NCBI GenBank assembly: GCA_965222225.1
Contig: CBDCTK010000002.1
Location: 3,072,001-3,136,000 of the forward strand
DNA from: Candidatus Poribacteria bacterium
GTDB taxonomy: Bacteria > Poribacteria > WGA-4E > JAJDTR01
Direction: 5' to 3'
DNA: 64,000 nucleotides
A program made the translations under genes and the position numbers. Within the stretch, counting starts at the first letter, position 1; every line of letters starts with the position of its first letter. The notes below the pieces were generated by a model that ran no database searches, had not been told where the DNA came from, and saw only the letters and a program-made list of their open reading frames with translations. This document shows positions 30,318 to 41,096 of this stretch, one piece after another.

Positions 30318-31349
30318 ATGAAAAATCTTAAAAATACAGTTCTAATGCTAGGATTAGCGTTTCTCCTGGCTACTCCTTGTATACCCGCTTCTCATCCACG
30401 AGAGGTTAACTCAGCGTATGTAATTGACGGGATTCGACATCATCTCTCTCTTTTACAATCTGGGCAGGTAAGGATCGAGAAAAGACGATACTATACAGAA
30501 TATGGTGAACGAAGTATGCTTGATACGCAGGAAGCGCTGAGAAAAGACAACGCGACGATGGCTCTGACCCAAGATAATCAGGATGCGCTATTTATTTTCG
30601 ATCGTCGCAAGATCTATTTTGAGGTTCAACACATCGGGACTAGTCTTTCCGGGCCTTACATTCCTGGTATCGCGCCGGGTTTGCCCGGCAAATATAGTGA
30701 AAACCTGTTCTTCAATGGAGAAATTACGACACAGGTTGTGGATGATCTTAGAGGTAATAAAAGTCATCAAGCGTGGGCACATATCTGGCCGGGCTATCGA
30801 CGTGATGAACTCGGCTTTCCTTACCTTGACCCGCGGAAGTGGTCAGATATGTTTTGGTATGTCTCCTTTGGAACGCACCTTGGTGAAAACGCACTTGGAG
30901 TTGATGGGAACCTTGCGGAGAAGATGACAGATGTCGATTTCTTGCTGCGCGGCATGCAACAAGTAAATGGCGCTGATTGCTATCAACTTGAGTTAACTTT
31001 TTCCAAGAACAAGGGCCGGCACGTCTGGGTAATATCCATCAATCCAGATAAGGGGTTTTGGCCCGAACAGATTGAGTTTTACGACTTTTTTTCGAAAACC
31101 ACAGAGCGCACGCTTATTCGAAGAGCAATATACCACCTCCTGCAATCACCAAAGGGAATTTGGCATCCGGAGAAGATTGTCTACATCTTCTATGAAGATA
31201 GTATACCCGTGTGGGAAGATCATGTGCGTTTTTTTGATTTCGATATAAATGTTGACGTGTCGGATAAATTGCGCATTCACATCCCCTCCGGAACTCCTAT
31301 AGTGGATCATCGTCTTGGCGAAGGGCAGCCCAAGGTGTTAGCTCCTTAA
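30318..31349 (+). CDS. Secreted hypothetical protein (possibly LolA-like fold)
   Basis: RBS GGAGG, N-terminal signal-like segment, VNGADCYQL..VWVISINPDKGFWP, GIWHP. Confidence 0.6.
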   Translation: MKNLKNTVLMLGLAFLLATPCIPASHPREVNSAYVIDGIRHHLSLLQSGQVRIEKRRYYTEYGERSMLDTQEALRKDNATMALTQDNQDALFIFDRRKIYFEVQHIGTSLSGPYIPGIAPGLPGKYSENLFFNGEITTQVVDDLRGNKSHQAWAHIWPGYRRDELGFPYLDPRKWSDMFWYVSFGTHLGENALGVDGNLAEKMTDVDFLLRGMQQVNGADCYQLELTFSKNKGRHVWVISINPDKGFWPEQIEFYDFFSKTTERTLIRRAIYHLLQSPKGIWHPEKIVYIFYEDSIPVWEDHVRFFDFDINVDVSDKLRIHIPSGTPIVDHRLGEGQPKVLAP

Positions 31350-31452
31350 TGAGCCCTAGAGCGCAACAAAGCGGCGGCACTTTATATAATTTTCGAAGAA
31401 GCGGCCGGTGGGCAGTAAGAGGGGAAATCGACGATGTGACAATCTCACCCCC

Positions 31453-31747
31453 ATAGAGATCAAGTTAAGCGTTTTAGGGTGCAAGTCACGCGGTTTCAAT
31501 GTCTTAAACCGTTAATCTCCATGTAGACTTGGGCGAGGGGATACCAATTCATTCATTGATGGGTCCGCCACAGAAGATGACTCATGGCGCTCGTTTCCGT
31601 AGGGGGCGGGGCTGGGTGCGGTTGGAAACCGCACCTACCGTATGAGGTGCGATAGAGATTTCTCCCCGCCCAATGCGGACTAAGTAAAGGGGCTTGCGTC
31701 GGAGAACCCCACCAATACTTGACGAACTCCCTTAACTCGATCCCTAT
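31453..31747. mobile_element. MITE-like element with inverted ends, flanked by a 20-bp direct repeat
   Basis: ATAGAGATCAAGTTAAG ... CTTAACTCGATCCCTAT; CGATGTGACAATCTCACCCC at 31432 and 31749; internal GTAG REP. Confidence 0.55.
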
Positions 31748-31857
31748 GCGATGTGACAATCTCACCCCTACCTATTCCTAGCCGCTTTGGGCGGGGGTTG
31801 CGATAGGTGTATAGCATAACCAGAATGTTACTCAGAAGATTAAAGGAGGCAGGGTTT

Positions 31858-33360
31858 ATGGTTGGCGCATTTCTCTTATGGACGAGCGCCGCTTGCGGAG
31901 AAGAGTTACTTCCAATCGGTCTACAGAAGCAACTGTTGGTGGACGATTACGTCGTCTCCGAAAAACGGAACGTCTCCCGATCGTTGGGAAAGGTTACAAA
32001 GCATGGCGTCGTCCTCGAACCCTCCCTTCCTACCGATTATGACGACAACGATCCACACGGCAATCCCGTGTCGCTTGACTTCGGTTTCATGACGTCCGTC
32101 CTTTGGAACGAGGATGCGGAGAAATTCCAGATGTGGTATATGGCATGGCGTCACGCCGGCACCGGCTACGCCGAGTCGACGGACGGAATTCACTGGACAA
32201 AACCGTCGATCGGCGTCGGAGTCACCGATGAAGAACCGGGGAACATCATCAAGCGCGCCCAGTCCTTTAGTTGTGTGATTGACCCGACCGTGCCGTGGGG
32301 GCATCCCGAAAAGTTCAAAGCCGGATTGGAGAGCAACTTGGACGACGTGTGTCAGGCGGATCTGGCTTATTCGGCGGACGGGATACACTGGAACGACTAC
32401 AACAACGACGCGCCGGTCACGGGGAGAGCCGCGGATTTTGACAACCAAATCCTGTGGGACCCCATCAAAGGCAAATACCGCCTTATGACCCGCACCGATA
32501 TGGGCGCCATCGGGGGACCGAAGGAGTACCGAGCGTTTCGCATTATGTACCACCGCACGAATGACCTGATGAACGATCCCACGAACTGGGAGACGGTAGC
32601 CGACCGGATTGTGGTCGACGACCCCCCGGGTGAACTCACTCCGGATGGCGTGCCCCGGCTGCAATTTCACTGGGTGACGAATTGGATCTACGAAGGGATT
32701 TATTTCAACCTGATAAGCCTCTACACGGAAGATCCTCTGGGCATGGATTCCCCAACGTGCGATGAGGCAATAGATTTCTATATCGGCACCGGTCGGGACG
32801 AGGTCAACTTCGATCGGAGCTGGATCTATGAGCGTAAACCCTTTATCCCGCGGGGTGGAACCGGAGCGTTCGACCTCGACCGGGTACTACAAGCCTCGGA
32901 GATATTGACCGTCGGCGACGAGCACCGGATTTACTACACCGGCAGAAACGAACACCCGACTCCCGGCGTCTGCGAGAGCTGGCAGAGCAACCAGATCGGG
33001 CTGGCAACGTTGCCGTTGGACAGATTTATTTGCTTTGAGGCTGGCGACGAGTGGGGTCACGTCACAACCAAGCCGTTCAGGCTTGACGGCGACACGCTCG
33101 AAGTCAACATCGACGCATCGGAGGGCGGGTTCCTCGTCGAAATCCTTGACGCGGACAATCAGCCCTATGTGGATAGCGCGAAAAAATTGGAATTTGACTG
33201 GGATAACAACCGAATATACCGAAACGTGGACGGCTTGCGGCTACAGCCCCGCTGGAGGGGCGACCGAAATCTAGAATCGTTGGTGGGGAAAATCGTCAGG
33301 CTAAGATTCCGTCTTCGCAACGCGAAGCTGTATGCGTTCCAGATTAAATCGGAAGATTGA
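31858..33360 (+). CDS. Secreted beta-propeller glycoside hydrolase-like protein
   Basis: RBS GGAGG, signal-like N-terminus, KQLLVDD, YAESTDGIHWTKP, LRFRLRNAKLYAFQ. Confidence 0.78.
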   Translation: MVGAFLLWTSAACGEELLPIGLQKQLLVDDYVVSEKRNVSRSLGKVTKHGVVLEPSLPTDYDDNDPHGNPVSLDFGFMTSVLWNEDAEKFQMWYMAWRHAGTGYAESTDGIHWTKPSIGVGVTDEEPGNIIKRAQSFSCVIDPTVPWGHPEKFKAGLESNLDDVCQADLAYSADGIHWNDYNNDAPVTGRAADFDNQILWDPIKGKYRLMTRTDMGAIGGPKEYRAFRIMYHRTNDLMNDPTNWETVADRIVVDDPPGELTPDGVPRLQFHWVTNWIYEGIYFNLISLYTEDPLGMDSPTCDEAIDFYIGTGRDEVNFDRSWIYERKPFIPRGGTGAFDLDRVLQASEILTVGDEHRIYYTGRNEHPTPGVCESWQSNQIGLATLPLDRFICFEAGDEWGHVTTKPFRLDGDTLEVNIDASEGGFLVEILDADNQPYVDSAKKLEFDWDNNRIYRNVDGLRLQPRWRGDRNLESLVGKIVRLRFRLRNAKLYAFQIKSED

Positions 33361-33585
33361 ACCCCTGCGATGTGCAGAATCTGACGCTTCCTACTGTGGG
33401 CGGGAATCAAGCGAGTGAAAAGCGAGCGCGATAGAAATCCTGTCTTGCCCCGCCATGCGCATACGATCACGCTCGGACAATCGCTCGCTTAATCTATCCG
33501 CACGGCTGATCGATGGAAATTCTATAAAACTTCCCAAGATATAACGCATCTACCTATGTGCAATTGCTCCCGGAAATAAAGTCAA

Positions 33586-35130
33586 ATGTTCACTCGACGA
33601 GAACTGCTGAAAACCCTTGGAGGTGCAGCTATGGCATCAGCGCTTGCGCCGTACTCTGCGGCGGCTGTTGATGAGAGGCAAGACAAACCGAATATCGTAC
33701 TAATTGTCGCGGACGACATGGGCTGGTCGGACGCGGGATGCTACGGCGGTGAAATAAACACGCCGAGTATCGACAGCCTAGCCAGCGACGGGTTGCGATT
33801 CAACCAGTTTTACGTGAATCCCGTCTGTGCCCCCTCTCGCGCGGCGTTAATGACCGGCTTGTATCCTCGCAATTACAAGGGATCGACGAGCGCGCTAACC
33901 CCGAACATGGTGACCGTGGCACAGGCATTGCGTTCCGCAGGATATCGCACCTCGATTAGCGGCAAGTGGAATTGTCAGCGCCAGAACCCGAACACTCCCT
34001 TGGCGTGGGGTTTTGAGGAGTTCTACGGTTTTCCCGATATGCCGTCGAACTATTTCAATCCGGCGCTGGAAGACATGAAATTCGGCGGTTTCCGCCCGCC
34101 GTTCGAGCATAACGGCGAAGCGATTTGGGAGTTTCCGGACGACTTTTACGTGACCGATGCGATCAATAATCATGCCGTGGACATGATTAAACGGTACAGC
34201 GAGGGTTCGGACCCGTTTTGCGCTTATGTGGCGCATTTGGCGCCGCACAATCCGCTCCAAGCCAGACCGGAAGATATTGAACGATACCGTGGCAAATTCA
34301 TGGATGGCTGGGATGCGTTGCGCCATGAACGCCATGAACGCCAACTAAAAATGGGATTGGTGGACCCGGAATGGGGTTTGCTCGATTACGGCGACAATTC
34401 CGGCACCACGCCGTGGGCGAATGCGGAACATAAGGAGTGGCAGGACTTGCGGATGGCGGTTTACGCCGCTATGATTGACTGCATGGATAGGGGTATTGGC
34501 CGCATTCTACAGGCGCTCAGGGATTGCGGCGCGGATCGCAACACAATTGTTCTGTTTTTGTCGGACAACGGCGGCGATGCGGGCAACATGAGGTGGGATA
34601 GTCCGGACATTCCCCCCGGCGGCGTTGATACGTACTGTGCGTGCGGCACCGAGTGGGGGATCATGCACAACACTCCATTGCGTGGTTCCAAAGCCGGAGT
34701 CCATGAGGGCGGCATTGCTACACCGCTCATTGTGCGTTGGCACGATGCGATTCAAACGGGCGGTGAAATCACGAACCAAGTCGGTCATGTGATGGATCTT
34801 CTGCCTACGTTCTGCGATGTCGCCGGCGTTCAGTATCCCGACGAATACAACGGAGAAGAGATTATTCCCTGTGAAGGATTGAGCCTTCTTCCTATCTTCC
34901 AAGGGCAGCAGCGCGACGCCCACGAATGGCTGTTCTGGGAGCATAACGGCAAGAAGGCTGTCCGCCACGGAGACTGGAAATTAGTTGGACGCGACGGCCC
35001 TGCGAATTGGGAATTGTACGGCCTTGAATCCGACCGTACGGAGTTGAGGAACGTGGCGGAGAAGGAGCCAGAGCGCGTGAAGTTGATGGCGCAGGCATGG
35101 TCAGACTGGGCGGATCGGACGAACGGATGA
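33586..35130 (+). CDS. Arylsulfatase with Tat signal peptide
   Basis: TRRELLK, PNIVLIVADDMG, CAPSRAALMTG (CxPxR), GKW, SDNG. Confidence 0.93.
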   Translation: MFTRRELLKTLGGAAMASALAPYSAAAVDERQDKPNIVLIVADDMGWSDAGCYGGEINTPSIDSLASDGLRFNQFYVNPVCAPSRAALMTGLYPRNYKGSTSALTPNMVTVAQALRSAGYRTSISGKWNCQRQNPNTPLAWGFEEFYGFPDMPSNYFNPALEDMKFGGFRPPFEHNGEAIWEFPDDFYVTDAINNHAVDMIKRYSEGSDPFCAYVAHLAPHNPLQARPEDIERYRGKFMDGWDALRHERHERQLKMGLVDPEWGLLDYGDNSGTTPWANAEHKEWQDLRMAVYAAMIDCMDRGIGRILQALRDCGADRNTIVLFLSDNGGDAGNMRWDSPDIPPGGVDTYCACGTEWGIMHNTPLRGSKAGVHEGGIATPLIVRWHDAIQTGGEITNQVGHVMDLLPTFCDVAGVQYPDEYNGEEIIPCEGLSLLPIFQGQQRDAHEWLFWEHNGKKAVRHGDWKLVGRDGPANWELYGLESDRTELRNVAEKEPERVKLMAQAWSDWADRTNG

Positions 35131-35184
35131 GGAATTAGGTTAATCGGGAATTAGGAGGCAACAGTCAGCACTGTCGCTGATCCG

Positions 35185-35499
35185 CTACGACGGGTTATCC
35201 CTTGCTTCTATCGAAAATCTGAACCCTAATCCAGGCAAAATTTTGCCCATTGTATTGAGTTGCGGGTTTCCATTCTCGGAAAGGGCTTTATAGAGTCCTT
35301 CACGGGTTAGGTCGACACGATTAGCCAACTTGGACATGCCACCCTGCGCTTCCGCCACATCACGCACTGCGAGCAGGAATGCTTCTATATCTTCGTCTTT
35401 CTCATAATCCTCAAGCGCAACGGAAAGGTATATCTTTGCGTCCTCCGGATCTCGTAATTGCTCAATATGTAAGTCTTTGAAACGTCTATAATTGCTCAT
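35185..35499 (-). CDS. HTH addiction-module antidote protein (no partner toxin visible)
   Basis: AFLLAVRDVAEAQGGMSKLA..LTREGLYKALSENGNPQL. Confidence 0.85.
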   Translation of the reverse strand: MSNYRRFKDLHIEQLRDPEDAKIYLSVALEDYEKDEDIEAFLLAVRDVAEAQGGMSKLANRVDLTREGLYKALSENGNPQLNTMGKILPGLGFRFSIEARDNPS

Positions 35500-35602
35500 G
35501 TTCTAACTCCCTTGCCCGATGTTCCTTCTAGGCTGGAGTTTACAAAGGCTGGTGAGCAGTGCCCACCCTACAAAGCCATAGTTCTAGAGATAAAAAGGGT
35601 TT

Positions 35603-36733
35603 TTACACGAAAACGCGGGGCAACAGGGGATTGATCCGGGTGACTATCTCATAAACGACCGTATCTATTTTCTCCGCAAGTTCTTCGGCGGTTATCTGCT
35701 CCTCGCCCGCTCCCCCAAGGAGCACCACCTCATCGCCGAGGCGCGCCTCGGGAACCCCTGACACGTTGACGACGGTTTGGTTCATACATACGCGCCCCAC
35801 TACGGGACAGCGCACCCCTTGAATCAGCACTTCCGCTTTGTTTGAGAGCCCGCGGTCATACCCGTCGAAATGGCCTATCGGCAGAATTGCCAAGGTTTCC
35901 TCACGTCTTGTACGATAGGTGCCGCCATAACTCACCAATGAGCCTTTGGGCACTCGCTTGACCTGCACGATTCGAGTTTTCCACGTGAGCGCCGGTTGAA
36001 GCGAAAACTCGGGATGGCGTATTTCCATCTGTGCGCGGCAGTGGCTGGAGGGGTACAATCCGTATAGAGAGATACCGATGCGGCAGGCGTTGCCGAGGAG
36101 ATTCTCGCGCATACTGCCTGCCGAGTTATACAGATGATGCAGGGGTATGGAGATTCCGCGCTCGCTTAATTGGTCTTGCAGCGTTCTAAAACGCGATTCT
36201 TGTACCTCCGTGAAACCGCTCTCCTCATCCGCTGTCCCAAGATGCGAAAACAGCCCTTGGATGGTTATTGCGGGCGTTTTTCGGGCTACCTCGATAAATT
36301 CAAGCGCCTCGGTTTCAAGCACCCCAAACCGCCGCATACCGGTATCTACTTTGATATGAATTCGCGCGGTGCGATTCGTCTCGGCGGCGGCGGCTTGAAG
36401 CGCGCCCAGCATCTCTAGGTTATATACCGAAAGTTCAAGCCCCTTTTCTAGTGCCTCCTTGAGCAACCTTTCATCCCCGCAATCCACGTTACCCATTATC
36501 AGCAGTTTTTGATTGATTCCATTCTTCCGTAACTCCAGCCCCTCCTCAATTGACGAGATTGCCATATAGGCAACCTCGCCCTTAATCGCCTCTGCCACGC
36601 CGGACATTCCGTGACCGTACGCATTCGCCTTGATGACGGCGATAGGCGTGAATTCAGGGGGGAGAATCGCCTTTAGCTGACCGAGGTTATGTTTGAGCGC
36701 TTTTTTGGATACTTCAACTGTGGCGAGCGGCAT
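35603..36733 (-). CDS. alr: Alanine racemase
   Basis: VIKANAYGHG PLP lysine motif, HIKVDTGMRRFG, VSYGG, GRVCM. Confidence 0.93.
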   Translation of the reverse strand: MPLATVEVSKKALKHNLGQLKAILPPEFTPIAVIKANAYGHGMSGVAEAIKGEVAYMAISSIEEGLELRKNGINQKLLIMGNVDCGDERLLKEALEKGLELSVYNLEMLGALQAAAAETNRTARIHIKVDTGMRRFGVLETEALEFIEVARKTPAITIQGLFSHLGTADEESGFTEVQESRFRTLQDQLSERGISIPLHHLYNSAGSMRENLLGNACRIGISLYGLYPSSHCRAQMEIRHPEFSLQPALTWKTRIVQVKRVPKGSLVSYGGTYRTRREETLAILPIGHFDGYDRGLSNKAEVLIQGVRCPVVGRVCMNQTVVNVSGVPEARLGDEVVLLGGAGEEQITAEELAEKIDTVVYEIVTRINPLLPRVFV

Positions 36734-36856
36734 TTGTCTCAACTAGGAGGGGATGGGTACGAGAGAACGGAGCGGGATAAAGGGAGATCAAACAAGCGGA
36801 TAGCGAGCAAGATTTTCTATCGCCCTCCCTGTCCGGTCGGTTGATCCTCGCCGCTA

Positions 36857-37315
36857 CTAGTTGATCCAGTCGAGTGCAACTTTGACGACGACTTTGTGAA
36901 CGACTTCGTCCGTTCCCATCGGCGCGTGCGCGTCTTCCGGGAAGAAGATAACAAAATTGCCTGCGGGCACCGTTGTCCATCTCGACGGCGGATTTGAAAA
37001 CAACGTGGCATCGGATTCAGGCATATAGCCGTTCTCATCCGGTTCGCAGACCGCGAGATCTTCCCAAGCGATATCGTCATAGCCCGCGACCGTAAACTGT
37101 ATGTCGATAAACTGCCTGTGCGATTCAAATTTCGCCGCGGCTTTTCCCTTCCCTTTGGCTCTCATCACCATGGCATGCAACTGTTCGCCTGCGATTTCGT
37201 TTCTGCCGTCGGGGATTTCGGCGAGATCGCCGCGTTTCAGAAATTGAAAGGCGGCCTCAAAGCCGGGGTGCAGGGGAAAATAGCGGGATGCGTTCTCAAG
37301 ACTATCTAATATCAT
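36857..37315 (-). CDS. YhcH/YjgK/YiaL (DUF386) family protein
   Basis: FESHRQFIDIQ, FVIFFPEDAHAP, KVVVKV. Confidence 0.9.
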   Translation of the reverse strand: MILDSLENASRYFPLHPGFEAAFQFLKRGDLAEIPDGRNEIAGEQLHAMVMRAKGKGKAAAKFESHRQFIDIQFTVAGYDDIAWEDLAVCEPDENGYMPESDATLFSNPPSRWTTVPAGNFVIFFPEDAHAPMGTDEVVHKVVVKVALDWIN

Positions 37316-37620
37316 CTGATGCTCCTTCGGTAGTGGCGGTCACAAAATCTATGTTGTTTTCGCGGCTAACTATCCTGATTCGTTGTCGGCGATTCTACTA
37401 TCTTTCGAGATTATGGTCAATAGAAAACGGAATTCCACGACCCAAGCACCAGTTTTTGTAGGGTGCGCATGGCGCACCAGCCTTTCGCTCTTGGTTTCTT
37501 GTAGGAGCGAGTTGTACTCGCGATTCCTCTCTAGGTGCAATCTCCTGGTCGCGAGCTGGAGAGAGAGATCTATCGCCCTCACTATTCGTTCGGTTGATCG
37601 CTCCTACATGCTCACGGGAA

Positions 37621-39006
37621 TTATCTTATCCGGAACGCGTAGAGTTTTGCGTTGCGGAGCTGAAATCTAAGGCGAACCTTCTTGCCTCGGAGCCGATCCA
37701 AATCTCGGCTCTCCGCCCATTTCACGGGGGAGTCCGTGACCGTGGCACCAACAGGTTCACTGACGGCTTGCTGTTCGCCCGCCTCATCCAGAATTGCCAC
37801 GCGAATTTCCCCGTCATCCCTCACATCGGCGGTTATGCCGACGATTTCTCCGTCAAAGTCTAACGCCTCGGTTGTTATGAGAGCTTCGGTCCCCGCTGAG
37901 ACGGGTTCGTAGCCTGCCCAGCCATCCGGTCGGAGTGTGGCAAGCGCAAGGTATCCTTTGCGCCAGTCGAAAAAGTACCAATCGCAGGCGCCGTAATAAA
38001 TCCGAATCTCATCCCCCAAGAAAATCGGTGCGGAGGCGAAGATAGTTCCCCAGTCATACGGCATCTCCCCATAGCGTGCAGCACCTCCCGGGGTGTTCCC
38101 GATAAGCGGCACACCTTCTTGGATGCGATGCCATGTGAAGGTGTCTGGACTCCATGCCAATTCGACGTGCTGCTTCACACCGGCGGCGGAATCTTTCGGG
38201 TCTTCTGGGTACGTCATCATCCCCAACAATCCGATATAGATGCCGTGTGTCGGAAACACAATCATATCGTGAGCTTGAAGACGCGAGTTGGGGCCCACAA
38301 GAACCGTTTTATCTTCGGTCCACTTCACAAAATCGGGAGACTCCGCCCGCGTGACCAGTCGAATCCCATCCGCGTGTTGGCGCGTGATGCCCACATATTT
38401 GCCCAGACTTGGCGCCCAGAAGGCGTTGGCATGGGTGCCGTGCGCCTCAATCTCCGCAATCGGGATGGGATCATCCCAATGCAAGCCGTCCGCCGAAAAC
38501 ACCACTTCCATTTGCGGATTACCGCAATGGAACATTTTATAGCGCCTCGCCGGATCGGTCTCGCGATAGTCCTTGAAGACACCGGCACCGTGAATCTCGC
38601 GCACGAGGAGATTGTTCCGTTTGTCCCCATCAAACTCAACCAGACCGATATCGGGTTTGTCCCAACGGATGCCGTCGGTTGAGACCGCGTAGCAAAGCCC
38701 CAGTTCCCGATGGTCGGGTTTGACATCCGAGTAGTTGAGCGACTCGGGATTGCGCTTCTCCGGCGGTACACAGGTCACCCGCTCGTCAATGATGAACGGA
38801 TTGTACCAACACTTGTAGATTTCATCGTCTTCATCATAAATGACGTTGGCGTACACATTGTCGAAACGGGGTTCCCACGGTTTATCCTCGGCGAAAAGCG
38901 GGTTCTGCGGGTGCTTGGAAACTTCACCAACGGTGAGTTTTGCGTCCACGGTCTCGTCAATGATGCGAGAATCCAGCACTAGGTGCCGGGTTTGTTCGGT
39001 ACTCAT
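37621..39006 (-). CDS. Beta-propeller glycoside hydrolase-like protein
   Basis: YKCWY, YAVSTDGIRWDKP, SADGLHW, LRPDGWAG, LRFQLRNAKLYAFR. Confidence 0.8.
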   Translation of the reverse strand: MSTEQTRHLVLDSRIIDETVDAKLTVGEVSKHPQNPLFAEDKPWEPRFDNVYANVIYDEDDEIYKCWYNPFIIDERVTCVPPEKRNPESLNYSDVKPDHRELGLCYAVSTDGIRWDKPDIGLVEFDGDKRNNLLVREIHGAGVFKDYRETDPARRYKMFHCGNPQMEVVFSADGLHWDDPIPIAEIEAHGTHANAFWAPSLGKYVGITRQHADGIRLVTRAESPDFVKWTEDKTVLVGPNSRLQAHDMIVFPTHGIYIGLLGMMTYPEDPKDSAAGVKQHVELAWSPDTFTWHRIQEGVPLIGNTPGGAARYGEMPYDWGTIFASAPIFLGDEIRIYYGACDWYFFDWRKGYLALATLRPDGWAGYEPVSAGTEALITTEALDFDGEIVGITADVRDDGEIRVAILDEAGEQQAVSEPVGATVTDSPVKWAESRDLDRLRGKKVRLRFQLRNAKLYAFRIR

Positions 39007-39092
39007 ATATCTTCTCCTTGATGCTGTAATACCATTTTCCTATATTTGCAATGCATTAAGAGTGTCAATCAAGTCTTTCCAATGCGGGGCAA

Positions 39093-39237
39093 GGGGATCT
39101 CTATCGATCAACTGAGATCAAGCGAATGAATAGTGAGCGCGATAGAGATCTTATAGCGAAGGCGATAGCAAATCCTGCTCACTATCCCTTAATCCCACGC
39201 CGGGGCCTCAAAGGCTGGTGGGCAGTGCCCACCCTAC
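39093..39237. repeat. Triple-nested mini-elements adjoining REPs
   Basis: Minus copy 39118-39153 inside another minus copy, inside a split plus copy; followed by CAAAGGCTGGTGGGCAGTGCCCACCCTAC. Confidence 0.75.
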
Positions 39238-39311
39238 AAATGTACTTTGCGGATTGAGTTTGGCAGTCGGTTACAACTAGCCCTAAACCGCGAAATCGCG
39301 CCTGTGAAGGA

Positions 39312-39980
39312 TTACCACGTAAGCATCTCTCTGGGGAGATGGGAGATTCTGTGCAGGTAGCGTAACTGCGCACCTTCTCGGGTTTTTCGGATTTTACTAA
39401 ACGCTCCATTGCGGTGAGGGAATCGGTCGGGATCGTCATTGGGCGGCAGGTCGAAAAATGCGCCAACCATCGTCGCCAGAAATCCGCCGTGGGAGACCAC
39501 CGCCACCCGCTCATCGGATTCGCCGTGGATCGTTTCCGCCTGTTGAATGAACGCGCCCGCATCGCGATATGAACGCCGGAGCATCAATTCGACGTTCTCC
39601 CATTCCGAAAATAACCACCCCTCATCCGTGACTTCCGGAGGCAGAATCACATTCGGACAAAACTCCCTCATTTGCGTTCGGGTAAGACCGGGAAGTGTAG
39701 CGCCGTATCTGCCGACACTCGCCTCCCATATACCGTCCCATTCGTGAAGTCCAACGTAGACGTGGGGCGGAAGCGTGAGAATTCGCCCAAGAATCTCGGC
39801 GGTCTGCAAGGCTCTCAGCATCGGGCTGCAGTAAAGTCGGCGAATGCCTTTTTCTCGGAGGGCTTTGCCGACACAACCCGCTTGTCCCCGACCTAGGTTT
39901 GTCAGTGCCGGATCCGGTTCGAGGGCGCCGGGCGAGGCATTGTTAACGGATTGTCCGTGGCGGACGAGGTAGAATTCCAT
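39312..39980 (-). CDS. Histidine phosphatase family protein
   Basis: LVRHGQS, SPMLRALQTA, VSHGG. Confidence 0.92.
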   Translation of the reverse strand: MEFYLVRHGQSVNNASPGALEPDPALTNLGRGQAGCVGKALREKGIRRLYCSPMLRALQTAEILGRILTLPPHVYVGLHEWDGIWEASVGRYGATLPGLTRTQMREFCPNVILPPEVTDEGWLFSEWENVELMLRRSYRDAGAFIQQAETIHGESDERVAVVSHGGFLATMVGAFFDLPPNDDPDRFPHRNGAFSKIRKTREGAQLRYLHRISHLPREMLTW

Positions 39981-40004
39981 AGTCTTCTTCAGGCGGTCTT
40001 GAGT

Positions 40005-41096
40005 TCAATTCTCCAACCCAGCCAACTCGTTGAAGAACCGTTCCAAGTCGGGTGACTCGCGCAGCGGGAGCGCGACCTTCTGCTTTTTCCATGATGACAC
40101 GTAGCCGGCATTGGATATCTCTGTCGTCTTTCTTCCATCTTCACCGGTTATCATCGGCGCCTTTCCATTGATGATGCAGTCGCAAAAGTGCTCCATCTCC
40201 TTGAGAAAGTGGTTGGTGCGTGTTAGCGTATCATCGATGTTGTCCAGAATCTTGGGCGTCACATCTTCGACCATGCGCTCGCGCCGATACAGTTTCATGT
40301 CAAACGGCAAGGGTGACGTATAGCTCCACAGCCCTTCAACGCGCATCTGTAACGTGGCTTCCGTGCCGAAAATGGTGTACTCCTCCAGCAACGGCTTATG
40401 AAACACGAGGGAGACGGAGTGGACGCTCACCTGCCCGTCGACATGACGTAGCGTCATTACCGATTGATCGTCTACCTCTCTGCCCTTCCACCCGATAGAC
40501 ACCTCGGCGCTCACGGTTTCCACTTCCCCCAGCCACCATCGGGACAAGTCTATGGTGTGACTGCCAAATCCCAGACATGCCAGCCCCAGTGTGCGATGCT
40601 TCATGTAGGCGGCATCCGTGCCTTGGGCATAGGTGTCCCACTGGGTGCGCACTTGGGCGACATCGCCCAGCGTTCCGTCCTTAATCATCCGGTTCGCTAG
40701 TTGAAAGCACCAGTTGAACCGCTTCATGTGCGCCGGCATCAGGATAACGCCGTTTCTATCGCAGGCTTCAATCATGCGGTCACACTCATCGATTGTCCGC
40801 GCCATCGGTTTCTCGCAGAGCACGTGCTTTCCCGCTTCGGCAATCTTGACCACATGCTCCGCGTGCAGATAATGGGGTGTGGCGACAATCACGCCATCTA
40901 TGTCCGCATCAAGGAGCATTTCGTCAATATCGGTATAGATGCGCTTCGCGCCATACACATCGCGCGCTTTTTCGGCTTTTTCCTTGACGATGTCGATAGC
41001 CGCTATGAACTCGCCGTCCCCCAAGTACCTGAACATCGGGGCATACATCGCCATAGATTGTTCACAACCCAAAACTGCTATGCCTGCCTCTGTCAT
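40005..41096 (-). CDS. Gfo/Idh/MocA-family oxidoreductase
   Basis: VATPHYLH, GKHVLCEKPMA. Confidence 0.9.
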   Translation of the reverse strand: MTEAGIAVLGCEQSMAMYAPMFRYLGDGEFIAAIDIVKEKAEKARDVYGAKRIYTDIDEMLLDADIDGVIVATPHYLHAEHVVKIAEAGKHVLCEKPMARTIDECDRMIEACDRNGVILMPAHMKRFNWCFQLANRMIKDGTLGDVAQVRTQWDTYAQGTDAAYMKHRTLGLACLGFGSHTIDLSRWWLGEVETVSAEVSIGWKGREVDDQSVMTLRHVDGQVSVHSVSLVFHKPLLEEYTIFGTEATLQMRVEGLWSYTSPLPFDMKLYRRERMVEDVTPKILDNIDDTLTRTNHFLKEMEHFCDCIINGKAPMITGEDGRKTTEISNAGYVSSWKKQKVALPLRESPDLERFFNELAGLEN

